From Escherichia phage vB_EcoM-ZQ1: DNA of 64,000 bases. Under the pieces are notes generated by a model. It ran no database searches. It saw only the letters and a list, made by a program, of their open reading frames with translations, and was not told the origin of the DNA. The stretch is from the sequence record MW650886.1; one strand, 5' to 3'. The translations under genes and the position numbers were made by a program. How positions within the stretch are numbered: the stretch's first letter is position 1; every line of letters starts with the position of its first letter. Below, one piece after another: positions 54,425 through 63,715 of the stretch.

Positions 54425-54443
54425 TCCTATTCGCTTCGCTCAT
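54425..54443. repeat. 19-mer TCCTATTCGCTTCGCTCAT
   Basis: Exact match to the reverse complement of 12278..12296. Confidence 0.55.
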
Positions 54444-54457
54444 AAAACAAATACTCG

Positions 54458-54487
54458 TTGTTCGCTAACGCTCACAACTCGTATAAT
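54458..54487 (+). promoter_or_regulatory. sigma70-like promoter (-35 TTGTTC, 18 nt, -10 TATAAT)
   Basis: Read directly on the plus strand upstream of the 54607 gene. Confidence 0.4.
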
Positions 54488-54606
54488 ACCACGCCATTGT
54501 TCAACAAGAAAGCAGTTTTTATTCAACAGCAAAATTAATTTATTTGGTCTAAACATGCACGCGAAATAATATGTATGTCATGTTAACCAACATACGAGAG
54601 TAATAT

Positions 54607-54978
54607 ATGAAACAGTTCGTAGGATTATACGCAGTTGGGTGTAGTAAACCAGACGCCAAGCTCACCACAGATCAATTTACCACAGGCACCCCAGTTTATC
54701 TGACACAGCTGGCGTCAGACAAGAACTTACCATCGGAGCCGCGATTTGTCCCTCTGGGGTTGATGACAGGTCTGAAAGTTGGTCTGTATGTCGGTGTGGT
54801 GACGTTTGAAAATGGCGTCGAAGCGAAAGTTCTGCCATTCAAATTGGGCAGCGAAGAAATGCTGAAGGATACGATCAGTGAACACCTGAACTCACAATGT
54901 CTGGCTTCTCTGGACAAATTGTTCGGTGTAGTAACTGATGAAGGCGAGGCCACCCCCGCCTATGTGAATCAAGATTAA
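54607..54978 (+). CDS. hypothetical protein
   Basis: 123 aa plus-strand ORF, divergent from gene 45; sigma70-like promoter about 120 nt upstream. Confidence 0.45.
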   Translation: MKQFVGLYAVGCSKPDAKLTTDQFTTGTPVYLTQLASDKNLPSEPRFVPLGLMTGLKVGLYVGVVTFENGVEAKVLPFKLGSEEMLKDTISEHLNSQCLASLDKLFGVVTDEGEATPAYVNQD

Positions 54979-56483
54979 TCGTGATTACCCAGCGCCACCT
55001 TCATGAACTCCACAGGGTGGCGCTCTGCCAGGTAAAACTTGTAACGCTCGTGAGAGTGCCTAAGAGCGTGGTTCGTGCTGGCGTTGTACGATGCATCATC
55101 CACTAAGTCCCATATCCACGCGACGTCCTTAGAGGAGTGCTGACGCATCAGACGACCCAATGTCTGTATGACGCGGATATATGACTTGCTCGGGTGTGCC
55201 AGTACAAGGTGGTGTAGCTTCTTGATCGACACTCCCTGCTGCATTGTCCCGTATGAAGCCAACAACGTGATATCTTCTCCATCCTCCATCGCTTTCTGTA
55301 TGCGGCGGCGGTCTTCGATCTTCACTTCCCCGTTGATGACAAACACGTTGGGCTTGACTGCGCTCAGCATATCGTACACAACCATCATGTGGGCGTCAAT
55401 ACGCTCGAACATGATGGCCACGTTCCCTTTCAGATTCAGTGCCATCTTGGCGATCAGTTCGTTGCGGGACTGGTGTGTGATAAGGTATTCTATTTCCTTG
55501 GAATAATCCCCGTCCAGACCAACAGCATCCGCCGGAGTGTGCTTCAGCTGAATCATCTTCACTTTGATGTCAGTGGCGTATCCGAGATTGATAAGATCGC
55601 GAGCCGTGATGATCTTATGGTACGCCCCGAAGTGAGCCACCACCTGAAGCCCGGCAACTTTGGTATTCGCCAGCGTACCTGTAACCCCCAAGCGCTGGTC
55701 GGCATAGATGCAGTTGTTTAGGATGTAAGACAGTTTCTCAGACTTGGAGGTGTGCACTTCATCCACCACGATATCACCGAACTGGTGGAACCATTCCTTC
55801 GGTTGATCTTGAATGCCTTGCCATGTACTGATGACGATTGGTTTGCTGATCTCCTTTGTCGCGCCCTCAAAAATCAGCTGGGTGTTAACAACGGGCTTCC
55901 AATCACTGCCATGCGCATACTCTTCGAAGTTGTCGTACAGCTGAGTGACTAAGTGGATTGACGGCACCACGATAAGCGTCTTCAGAGGACTTTCGAGAGC
56001 TTCTCTGCGCCGCCTGTAGTACCGCGCCATGACATACAGAATAAAGGACTTACCGGCACTCGTAGCCAGTTCACAGACGCATCTGGTTTGACGCATAGCC
56101 TTGGCGATGGTGTCGTACTGGTAGTCACGAGTCTCGGCATCGATATATTCGTGATTTTCGGTGCGGATCTTTGGATGCAGACTGTCGATGAAGTCACGGA
56201 TTTCTTCATCTGGGATGTCCTGAATGTACTTCAGCGCCGGATCCAGTTCAATGGTGTATCCGTTGTTCTTACAGAACTTAAATACCTCAAACAGCAGACC
56301 GATATCGATTAGACCAGATGACTTGGTAAATAGGCGGACAACCCCGTCCCATTTAGAGAAGGGGTTGGGAACGAAGTTCGGGTCTTCGAATTTGAAGTAG
56401 TCATTAAGTTCTTCCCTGATAGAAAGATCTGCGATGCAACGCATGCGGACTTCGTTAACCTTAACAATCTGAATGTCTGCCAT
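54975..56483 (-). CDS. uvsW: UvsW-like SF2 helicase
   Basis: N-terminal VKVNEVRMRCIADLSIREELNDYFKFEDPNF..WDGVVRLF and ATSAGKS resemble T4 UvsW; length about 502 aa from ATG MADIQ (GGGAGA SD). Confidence 0.8.
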   Translation of the reverse strand: MADIQIVKVNEVRMRCIADLSIREELNDYFKFEDPNFVPNPFSKWDGVVRLFTKSSGLIDIGLLFEVFKFCKNNGYTIELDPALKYIQDIPDEEIRDFIDSLHPKIRTENHEYIDAETRDYQYDTIAKAMRQTRCVCELATSAGKSFILYVMARYYRRRREALESPLKTLIVVPSIHLVTQLYDNFEEYAHGSDWKPVVNTQLIFEGATKEISKPIVISTWQGIQDQPKEWFHQFGDIVVDEVHTSKSEKLSYILNNCIYADQRLGVTGTLANTKVAGLQVVAHFGAYHKIITARDLINLGYATDIKVKMIQLKHTPADAVGLDGDYSKEIEYLITHQSRNELIAKMALNLKGNVAIMFERIDAHMMVVYDMLSAVKPNVFVINGEVKIEDRRRIQKAMEDGEDITLLASYGTMQQGVSIKKLHHLVLAHPSKSYIRVIQTLGRLMRQHSSKDVAWIWDLVDDASYNASTNHALRHSHERYKFYLAERHPVEFMKVALGNHD

Positions 56484-56511
56484 ACAAAATCTCCCAAGGA
56501 TTATGGGGTAT

Positions 56512-57258
56512 TTAGTGATCCGGCCAGACTCCGTTTTGTTCTTTATCCATGCGATGATACAGACGAACACGCTCAAACATCTTTGTCAGAATGTCATCAC
56601 GGTTGAACTCAATGACGGTTGGTAGAGGGGAAGACTCGTTGGCAATCACGTTGATGAGGCGGGTGATCTTGACGCCGAACATCTGCTGGAACATGACCGA
56701 ATATAAGCACAGCTGGATACTGTAATCCTCGATCATGCCCCGCGTCTTCATGGTGTTCGATGTCTTGAAGTCGATGACAGCAGGTTTACCCTCATAAACC
56801 CCGATAAGGTCTACACGACCTGCAAGACCAAGCACCTCGCTATATAATGGGATCTCCTGAGCATAGATCTTTGTCATCTTGTTCAGGTAAGGGAACAGCT
56901 GCTTGAACATGAACATGTATTCGCCAGCCGCTTCCAACACTTCTTTCATTGGGCGGTTCTTTAGATACAGTTCACACGCAAGGTGCAGCTTCTCCCCTCG
57001 GTCAGCACAGCGCATGGTCTCAAGGTCAGCGGCTTCTGCGCCCAGCTTCTTCCTCCAAGACTCAAGCCATTCATGATCTCCAGTGCGTCCCAGCATAGTC
57101 GTGACGGATGTCAGTTTAACACCAGACGGTGAAACATAATGACGACCATTCTCCGTCGTAACACATTCCAGTTCCTTATGAGGAAGTTCGTATTGCTGGA
57201 ATGTGTAATGGCGGTTTTCGAAGTCATTCAGCTTGCGTAGATCCTGGAGAGATGCCAT
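56512..57258 (-). CDS. PD-(D/E)xK family nuclease (RecB/Cas4-like)
   Basis: VDLIGVYEGKPAVIDFKTS and QLCLYS resemble the D...E.K / QxxxY nuclease core. Confidence 0.45.
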   Translation of the reverse strand: MASLQDLRKLNDFENRHYTFQQYELPHKELECVTTENGRHYVSPSGVKLTSVTTMLGRTGDHEWLESWRKKLGAEAADLETMRCADRGEKLHLACELYLKNRPMKEVLEAAGEYMFMFKQLFPYLNKMTKIYAQEIPLYSEVLGLAGRVDLIGVYEGKPAVIDFKTSNTMKTRGMIEDYSIQLCLYSVMFQQMFGVKITRLINVIANESSPLPTVIEFNRDDILTKMFERVRLYHRMDKEQNGVWPDH

Positions 57259-57273
57259 TATGTGTGATCCTCG

Positions 57274-57726
57274 TTATACACCATCAATATATTTTCTCCA
57301 CTCAATAGCATTTTTCACTTCGTATCCCAGTTTGTTCAGGCGATCCAAACAAGTCTCTATGAACTTGACTTTTGCTTTTTGTTCTTGTAACAGAACAGAC
57401 AACTCCACATAGTCATCGTCTGCTTTGACCCATGTATCTAGGTCAGACTTCAGGGGGCGAACCTTCAGGGGGCGCTCTGCGTAGATGTTAGGGGGTAACT
57501 CCCCTGCATAGTAGCGGCGCAGATAGAGATCGATCTGGCGGAAGCGCCCGTTGAGAAATTCAAGATAACGTCCCTCGCGCAGATAATGCCGCTGTACAGC
57601 CATCCAAGAGCGCCCGATTTTCAGTGAGATCTGGTCAAGGTTCATGTCTTCTGGGTCCACTGTGATCAGCGGCTCCAGTTCGTTCATGATGTCCTCGGTA
57701 GCCATTGTCTGTAGTTGTTCTTTCAT
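57274..57726 (-). CDS. hypothetical protein (possible UvsY-like recombination mediator)
   Basis: 150 aa, next to uvsW as in T4; weak resemblance only (LRRYYAGE versus LDYYSG). Confidence 0.3.
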   Translation of the reverse strand: MKEQLQTMATEDIMNELEPLITVDPEDMNLDQISLKIGRSWMAVQRHYLREGRYLEFLNGRFRQIDLYLRRYYAGELPPNIYAERPLKVRPLKSDLDTWVKADDDYVELSVLLQEQKAKVKFIETCLDRLNKLGYEVKNAIEWRKYIDGV

Positions 57727-57768
57727 AAAATATCCCAGCTTGTCAATGTCATAGAATTATACCGCATT

Positions 57769-58269
57769 TCATGGATTAGAATCAATCGCCTTCCCACCAG
57801 ATAGTGGAACCAGCTGTTGGAACTTGAAGGTCACTGTTGTCACCAGCTGAGGTACAGCCGCGTCTACGTCCACCAGTACGTTGTCCAAAGCAGTCGGGCG
57901 GGCTTCCTCCAGCACGAGAGTGAGGCCAATCGGTCGGTTGAGGTTATCCAGCAATTCAATGGTAATGTCCTTGCTGACAGGCAAATCCTTGCCGACGTTG
58001 CTGGTAATCCATTGGTGGATCTGTAACCATGATTTCCAGTCCTCGTCTATAACGAAAGTAAATACGACGGGATCATAGGTTAAACGCTCTGAAGGTATAG
58101 AAACCAACACGTCACCAGGAGACGGACCATCGATGCCTTCGGAGTACACTCCTGGTATACTGAAGTCGTGGATGTTACGGGTTAGGAGTACAAGGTCTCC
58201 GATAGTCAGACGCCACTTATCGGACGCCGCGAAATTAGGGTTTTCGTTCTTGAATTGTACGTTGGACAT
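57769..58269 (-). CDS. hypothetical protein (possibly tail-tube/baseplate-tube family)
   Basis: Start re-set to MSNVQFKNE with AAAGGTG SD; 166 aa, close to T4 gp19 size; DEDW...HQW pattern weakly resembles it. Confidence 0.3.
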   Translation of the reverse strand: MSNVQFKNENPNFAASDKWRLTIGDLVLLTRNIHDFSIPGVYSEGIDGPSPGDVLVSIPSERLTYDPVVFTFVIDEDWKSWLQIHQWITSNVGKDLPVSKDITIELLDNLNRPIGLTLVLEEARPTALDNVLVDVDAAVPQLVTTVTFKFQQLVPLSGGKAIDSNP

Positions 58270-58468
58270 AATAGCACCTTTGCTGTGGAGATATTTTGTG
58301 ACCCTGATGCGCGGGATCAGTAGATTGTTGTTGGCATGCTCGATGCTCTTGTTTACGAGCTGTCGAATCTTTGTCACGCCAATAATTTCTGTTTCCGAAT
58401 TCTGGAACCCAGAAGTGCGCACTGTACCTGTGACGTTGTCGGCCAGCGTTCCCACTTGTAACAAGGGT

Positions 58469-58948
58469 ATGCTGGACATCATCGTGCAAGAGTTCCAGCC
58501 CTTCCAGAAGCTCGTACCTTTAGGTTGCTTTGATGAGAACATGAGCACCCTCAAGCCATACTGGAAGACCACAATTCCTCTCCTGCGGCATGGCGATGAA
58601 GGGAAGATTCCATACATTTCAGCAAGTATTTATTACTCTCAGAACAACAGCATCATTATCACTTTTAATCCATCATTCTACGCCAAGCTGAAGCAACAAA
58701 TGGTTGGACGATTGGGTGCAACATCGGATATAATCGTGACGTTCAAGATCATGAATGACACAGATAAACCAGTACGAATCGCAACTCAGAGTGTGTTCGT
58801 CAACAATGACGCGGTTGGAAATGGGATGAGCATCTTTGAAGTTAACCCAGGGGGAACGATCTTGATCAGACTGAGTAATGTGGGTGTGAACTCCCTGCTG
58901 TTGGATGGCATCGAACCAGTGGGAGTTCTTCCGGCGCGGGAGCACTGA
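58469..58948 (+). CDS. hypothetical protein (coding strand uncertain)
   Basis: Plus-strand ORF in a gap between minus-strand ORFs; convergent stop with the downstream minus-strand gene; weak SD. Confidence 0.3.
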   Translation: MLDIIVQEFQPFQKLVPLGCFDENMSTLKPYWKTTIPLLRHGDEGKIPYISASIYYSQNNSIIITFNPSFYAKLKQQMVGRLGATSDIIVTFKIMNDTDKPVRIATQSVFVNNDAVGNGMSIFEVNPGGTILIRLSNVGVNSLLLDGIEPVGVLPAREH

Positions 58949-59674
58949 TTACTTCAGCGCGTTCTTCAGATTATCGGAACCGATGCTGTTGATGACACCT
59001 CCGGCGCAGATATCTTTCGCCCACTCTGAGATCACGTTGGCAAAAGAGAAGTTAAGACACTTACCAACCATGTCTTGGATATGGGCTAACTCTGCTGCAA
59101 TACCGTTCGTGATGTCTTGAGCAATAGAGGCTACTGATGCGACAGCAGTGTCGATGGCTTGAGTAACTTCAGCAGCCAGTGCCCGAATAGCATCAAGACC
59201 AGCACTGACACCCTGAGCTACCAACTCAGCCAGCTCATTCATCTTGTTTGTGATAGTTGTGAGAACACTTTGCATGGTGTTGATCCACTGTTTGCCGAGG
59301 TTCTGAATAACCCCAAATGCATTATTGATCAGATCACAGTTGTTCGGTTCTCGACCTATAGACTTCAGGGCGGACTTATAAGACACAGATGTACCGATGC
59401 GGGAATATGCCTCGTTCACTGACTGGTCGCCATAGTTGTTCAAAGTAGTGATGCTGTTGTTGGCTGAGTTGAACATTGCTGTAGATTCGTTGAGTTTGGC
59501 TGTAGTCAACCCACCTGCCGTCAGCGCTTCCTGAATCTGCGCATTTCCGGTGTTAGCCAGTGACGCTGTAGTCGCCTTACCACTGGTGATTAACCCCTGT
59601 GAGGCGCTGCTGAGGGACGGGAGAGGATTGGTAAATGCGTTGCCCTGCGATAGGGCGTCATAGATCTGTGCGTT
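58949..59674 (-). CDS. hypothetical protein (Ala/Asn/Thr-rich)
   Basis: Start taken at MNAQIYD, downstream of an 11-bp-stem hairpin; the listed longer start lies inside that hairpin. Confidence 0.4.
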   Translation of the reverse strand, partial: NAQIYDALSQGNAFTNPLPSLSSASQGLITSGKATTASLANTGNAQIQEALTAGGLTTAKLNESTAMFNSANNSITTLNNYGDQSVNEAYSRIGTSVSYKSALKSIGREPNNCDLINNAFGVIQNLGKQWINTMQSVLTTITNKMNELAELVAQGVSAGLDAIRALAAEVTQAIDTAVASVASIAQDITNGIAAELAHIQDMVGKCLNFSFANVISEWAKDICAGGVINSIGSDNLKNALK

Positions 59675-59676
59675 CA

Positions 59677-59705
59677 TAAGAAAATACCCCCATGGATGAT
59701 GGGGG
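59677..59705 (-). terminator. hairpin with 11-bp stem
   Basis: AAATACCCCCA-TCATCCA-TGGGGGTATTT followed by TCTT. Confidence 0.4.
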
Positions 59706-59715
59706 TATTTAGGGA

Positions 59716-59925
59716 TCATGGTAGTTTGTAAACGAAGTTGGACCAGAACTTACGAACAAACTTCTTGACATAAACCATTCGGTTGGCGTATTCCCCATCC
59801 TTCAGGTCATTGTAGGTCTCGATCCCTACCGCGCCCAAGAAGTACGCCGTGAAGATATAGCAGAACAGATTGATGACGACAAACATGATGTATCTCCGCT
59901 GTGTGTTGAGTTTAATAAATACCAT
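59716..59925 (-). CDS. small membrane protein
   Basis: 69 aa hydrophobic ORF; uncertain. Confidence 0.3.
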   Translation of the reverse strand: MVFIKLNTQRRYIMFVVINLFCYIFTAYFLGAVGIETYNDLKDGEYANRMVYVKKFVRKFWSNFVYKLP

Positions 59926-59966
59926 ACAATGTTTTCCGCGAACCAGAAGCCGAACGGGTAGTCACA

Positions 59967-60350
59967 CTACAGGTGTCCCTCCGGAGCTTTCTTGCAACGG
60001 TTGATCATGTCCAGGGTGCCAGTGGACGAACCATCCCACATCGCAATCGGATACACTTCCAGCTTGGTCTGTCTGACGAGATCCAATGCCTTGTCTAACA
60101 TGTCCTGATTGCGTTTGTTGCCCATCCCTTTCCCATACTTTTCATAATAGCTCGGAGGGATCGGCATGGGGGTGATATGAACATAATTGATTTCAGCCCA
60201 GTCACGGCAAATCTTGTCTACACCAGAGGCTTCACCCTCAATCAGTGTATAGACTTCATGAGGATCGAGGAGTTCGTCCAGCTTGGCGAATACCTTATCC
60301 CGCTCGGTGATTGAGCGGGAACCCGTAATGAGAACGATATACTTCTTCAT
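59967..60350 (-). CDS. hypothetical protein (possible SLOG/DUF2493-like Rossmann protein)
   Basis: MKKYIVLITGSRSI N-terminus resembles the GSR motif of SLOG-family proteins. Confidence 0.3.
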   Translation of the reverse strand: MKKYIVLITGSRSITERDKVFAKLDELLDPHEVYTLIEGEASGVDKICRDWAEINYVHITPMPIPPSYYEKYGKGMGNKRNQDMLDKALDLVRQTKLEVYPIAMWDGSSTGTLDMINRCKKAPEGHL

Positions 60351-60355
60351 AGAAC

Positions 60356-60700
60356 TCACAGCGCCCCAAGATTGCCGATTACGTACAGGGAGCACAGAGG
60401 AGTGCCTGACGAACGCGGTTCGATCGTCATCCCGCTCAGGCGGATCAGTTCCAGTAAGCCGTCAGTGGTCTGATACGCGCGTGTCGAGCCGTTCGGTCGA
60501 TATAGCTCCAGCTCAGTTCGCCCTTCCTTTATTGCATTTCGAATGCGAGTGAACACGCTGTGGTCGCCGAACTTCTGTTTCAGAATATCCAGTTTGGTGG
60601 TCAGGCAGCGCGTTTTGCGTGGCTTGCGCTCACTCGGCTTTTCGAATTTGACGATGTGGGGGATCTCCACGGATTTGTTCAGTTTGGTGTCTGCTGCCAT
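60356..60700 (-). CDS. hypothetical protein
   Basis: 114 aa; GAGGA SD. Confidence 0.4.
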   Translation of the reverse strand: MAADTKLNKSVEIPHIVKFEKPSERKPRKTRCLTTKLDILKQKFGDHSVFTRIRNAIKEGRTELELYRPNGSTRAYQTTDGLLELIRLSGMTIEPRSSGTPLCSLYVIGNLGAL

Positions 60701-60759
60701 GGTAAAGTCCTCTATTTGTAGGGGATAGGGTATGCGGTTAACATACCCCGTTCAAAGGT

Positions 60760-61041
60760 TTAGAACAAATGCTCGCCTTCCACATGGTATGCTAACACGC
60801 CGTCAGAACATTCAAAATACATGTTATCATATTCCCACAGAGCGGTGATTTCTTCACCCTGGCAAACCACCGAAAACTTCGGCTGGCTGGCCTTAACTGG
60901 AAATTTTTCAGGGGAAGAGATTGGGGTGAATTTGGCATTTCTGACGGCCATACCAACAAATTGCTGCAATGTTACTTTGTAACGAGAGTGGGTGATAGTG
61001 CCAGCATTCAGGGCTTCGATCAATTGCGCTTTAGTTGTCAT
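60760..61041 (-). CDS. hypothetical protein
   Basis: 93 aa; conserved leader/start motif and promoter-hairpin cassette upstream. Confidence 0.4.
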   Translation of the reverse strand: MTTKAQLIEALNAGTITHSRYKVTLQQFVGMAVRNAKFTPISSPEKFPVKASQPKFSVVCQGEEITALWEYDNMYFECSDGVLAYHVEGEHLF

Positions 61042-61082
61042 GATATAGTTCCTTCATTTCAGAGTCAGTGTTGTGCTGCTTA

Positions 61083-61110
61083 TGGAATGAAGTATACGGG
61101 GTTTATTGAA
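61083..61110 (-). promoter_or_regulatory. early promoter (-35 TTTACT, 16 nt, -10 TATACT) embedded in a hairpin
   Basis: ACGGGGTTTACTTCTTCAATAAACCCCGTATACTTCATTCCATAAGCAG. Confidence 0.5.
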
Positions 61111-61143
61111 GAAGTAAACCCCGTATTCAACTTTTTATTGAAT

Positions 61144-61380
61144 TTATTTAAAACGGTCAGGAAGGGTGTCGTGAACCTCGGCGCTCAGCACCAGAAACTT
61201 ACCATCCGTCGTTGGGAAGCAATAGTCTTTCTTGATGTGACGCAAGTGTTCAGCTACAGCTGCCACGCAGTCATCTGTCACGTCGGTCTTCTCACCAACC
61301 CACATGCTGGTTTTGGTGTTCAACCTGCCCTGGAATATAGTACCAGTGAGAGGACTTGCGCCGATCTTTTTGATAATCAT
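61144..61380 (-). CDS. hypothetical protein
   Basis: 78 aa; GAGG SD. Confidence 0.4.
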   Translation of the reverse strand: MIIKKIGASPLTGTIFQGRLNTKTSMWVGEKTDVTDDCVAAVAEHLRHIKKDYCFPTTDGKFLVLSAEVHDTLPDRFK

Positions 61381-61388
61381 GTTTGACC

Positions 61389-61829
61389 TCAGTTGTTAAC
61401 GCGGAATGCCGCCGGATACCCACCTGGATGCCCTTCTCCGGTCACGAAGACCTCGTACCGGGCACCTTTAACCAAACCGGGCAAATTGCCTGAGTCGAGT
61501 AGATATCGGATTTTATCCATAGTCTCCATCCAGGACTTAGCAGGTTCAGCTTCAGCCTCCCCACGGTTGATTTTGATCACACCCTCTGAATAATACTTCC
61601 CACTGTCCTTCATGTAGTACAGCTTGACGTCGATAAACTGTGGGGATGGAACTTCTGTCCAACCCTCATCGTTCAAATCCTGGCGATCATTGTCGAAACT
61701 CTGAAAATCAACATCACCGCATGCCAGGCGATAATCTTTGAATTTACGGAAACCTTCCGCCTTGTCCCCAACGGAGCTACGGAAGAACTGTTTCTTGGCG
61801 GGACTAATGAAAATGAAATTCTTGTCACA
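61389..61829 (-). CDS. hypothetical protein
   Basis: Start MCDKNFIF with AGGATCTATATCATG context. Confidence 0.45.
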   Translation of the reverse strand, partial: CDKNFIFISPAKKQFFRSSVGDKAEGFRKFKDYRLACGDVDFQSFDNDRQDLNDEGWTEVPSPQFIDVKLYYMKDSGKYYSEGVIKINRGEAEAEPAKSWMETMDKIRYLLDSGNLPGLVKGARYEVFVTGEGHPGGYPAAFRVNN

Positions 61830-61849
61830 CATGATATAGATCCTTCCTT

Positions 61850-62074
61850 TCAAAGAATGTTGTGTTCGTCGATATCGGACTGCGTTGCAATCTCCCAGCG
61901 GACGATGTTCTCGGTTGTGATGAAATCACGGTTCAGGTGAGAGGCTGGAACATACACCATCGTGTCGACCATGAAGTAACACTGCTCATTGTTACAAGAA
62001 TCAACGTAAACCTCGATGAGGCACACCTCGGCAACACCGGCTTTCGGCTTCTTCACGATCTTTTTCAAGTACAT
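61850..62074 (-). CDS. hypothetical protein
   Basis: Start MYLKK with GAGGG SD. Confidence 0.4.
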   Translation of the reverse strand: MYLKKIVKKPKAGVAEVCLIEVYVDSCNNEQCYFMVDTMVYVPASHLNRDFITTENIVRWEIATQSDIDEHNIL

Positions 62075-62137
62075 GGTACAACCCTCGGATAGTAGACGGG
62101 GCAATAATACCTCTCGCCCCGTTATTGAAATGTTCTT

Positions 62138-63610
62138 TTAGTTCAAGACATATTTGATCAGTCCACAATTCCAAATCCTGACCAACCCGGCTTCGGTTGC
62201 TAACTGGCTTTCTGTTTTGCCTTCTACGTCATACCCCATGCGAGCAAATGAACCTTTTCTGAAACCGAATTTGTGCTCACGCATAAATGTGCCAGGCTTG
62301 TGATATTTGTAGTCTGGCTTCTGTACTTCCTCTTCTACGAATCCGTGGGATAGGTAAATGTTGGACAACCTGCTTACAACACACCTATCCCCAAAGGAAT
62401 AGATTTTGGTGTCGGCAAATTTTCTTCTGAAGTGTGAAAGAAGTTTACTGAATGCCCCGTGGCAATCATTAGAGGCAAATCTGACTAATTCCAGGCCATC
62501 TTTCCTTTTAGTGAATAGCATCACGGCTTGTATGACCTCACTCTTGTCAATTAACGACAAATGGTGGGTAGAAGAAACGGAACCTTGTATGTGGTGGTTG
62601 TCTAAAAACTCCCTCAAGCCGCTTATATTCCCCCAAACGACTTTGTGTTGGCGAGCATATGACGCAGGCGTTTTAATGCCAAGTTTAGCTTTCAGAAGAG
62701 ATTTTACCACTTCCTGTTTCTCAACCCATTCATCTTCCCAGATGTGGACCAACTGGATACCCTGAGATTCACATATTTCAGTCTTTTCCAGGTGATAATG
62801 TTTCTCTTTAAAAACTTCTGAATGCCAGTACAGGCCATTAAATTCAATCGCCAATTTGTGTTCAGGGCAATAGATATCCAGTTGTTTACCGGATAATATA
62901 CTGTAATCAGAAACAGTGTTTACAACTCCCATTGAGGTGAGAAACTCGGATATTTCCTTTTCATAAGAAGATTTCTTGTTCCTGATAGAACCATTGCTGA
63001 ACAACGCACGTTTTAGTATGTTCGAGTTTTTCATAGGGTTGTCAACACCATAACGTTCTTGTAACGTTGCCAACGCCTTCTCCCTCACACCAGGTAATTG
63101 TAGTGTGGAGCAGCTTCCGTATTTGGATATATTCGAAGTCTCTATGGCTTTCCGACCAATACCACCTTTACACATAGAAACCTGATAACATTCTTCAGAA
63201 CAATATGTTCTGTAATCTTTATTATTGATGTAAAAGTTGGTTTCCTTGGAACACACCGGGCATATTTTCACGGTTCTATTGTACATCCAAGCTGTGACTT
63301 TACAAGCCAAATCTTGTAGGGTGTTGTGGGCATTGGCGAACACTAAAAGGTCTACATTGATGTGCTTCATAAGCAGTTCAGATTTGCATTTTTGGATATC
63401 CAATTTGTTGTTCTTGGTAAACATATATTTGTAGAAAAATTGGCGATATGATTCCTCGTCAGACAATTCATTCACTGCTTCAAGGAAACCTTCCGGGAGG
63501 TTCTTTAGGGTGTTCGATGCGAAGGTCTTGCAAGCATCTGAACAAAATTTCTTATCTTTCCTGGATGCTTTGAACTGTTCATGGCAGACACTACAGATTA
63601 CCTGATACAT
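62138..63610 (-). mobile_element. putative freestanding homing endonuclease gene (zinc ribbons plus Vsr/DUF559-like nuclease domain)
   Basis: 490 aa; two CxxC pairs (CSVCHEQ..CSDAC and CPVCSKE..CSEEC); KLAIEFNGLYWHSE resembles the Vsr-like AIFVDGCFWH core; the gene looks more AT-rich than its neighbours. Confidence 0.4.
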
Positions 63611-63660
63611 AATTATTCTCCTCCATATGGTATCTAGTATAACCTGTTCGATAATATGAA

Positions 63661-63689
63661 CAAATAAAAACCCCGCCGAAGCGGGGTTT
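63661..63689 (-). terminator. intrinsic terminator
   Basis: AAACCCCGC-CGAA-GCGGGGTTT followed by TTTTTATTTG on the minus strand. Confidence 0.55.
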
Positions 63690-63715
63690 GTTTAGGGTTA
63701 AGGACAACTGTTCTA

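Noticed and set aside
58673-58945. 90-aa minus-strand ORF
   Set aside because: Trp/Cys/His-rich low-complexity product with no SD; overlaps the better-supported plus-strand ORF.
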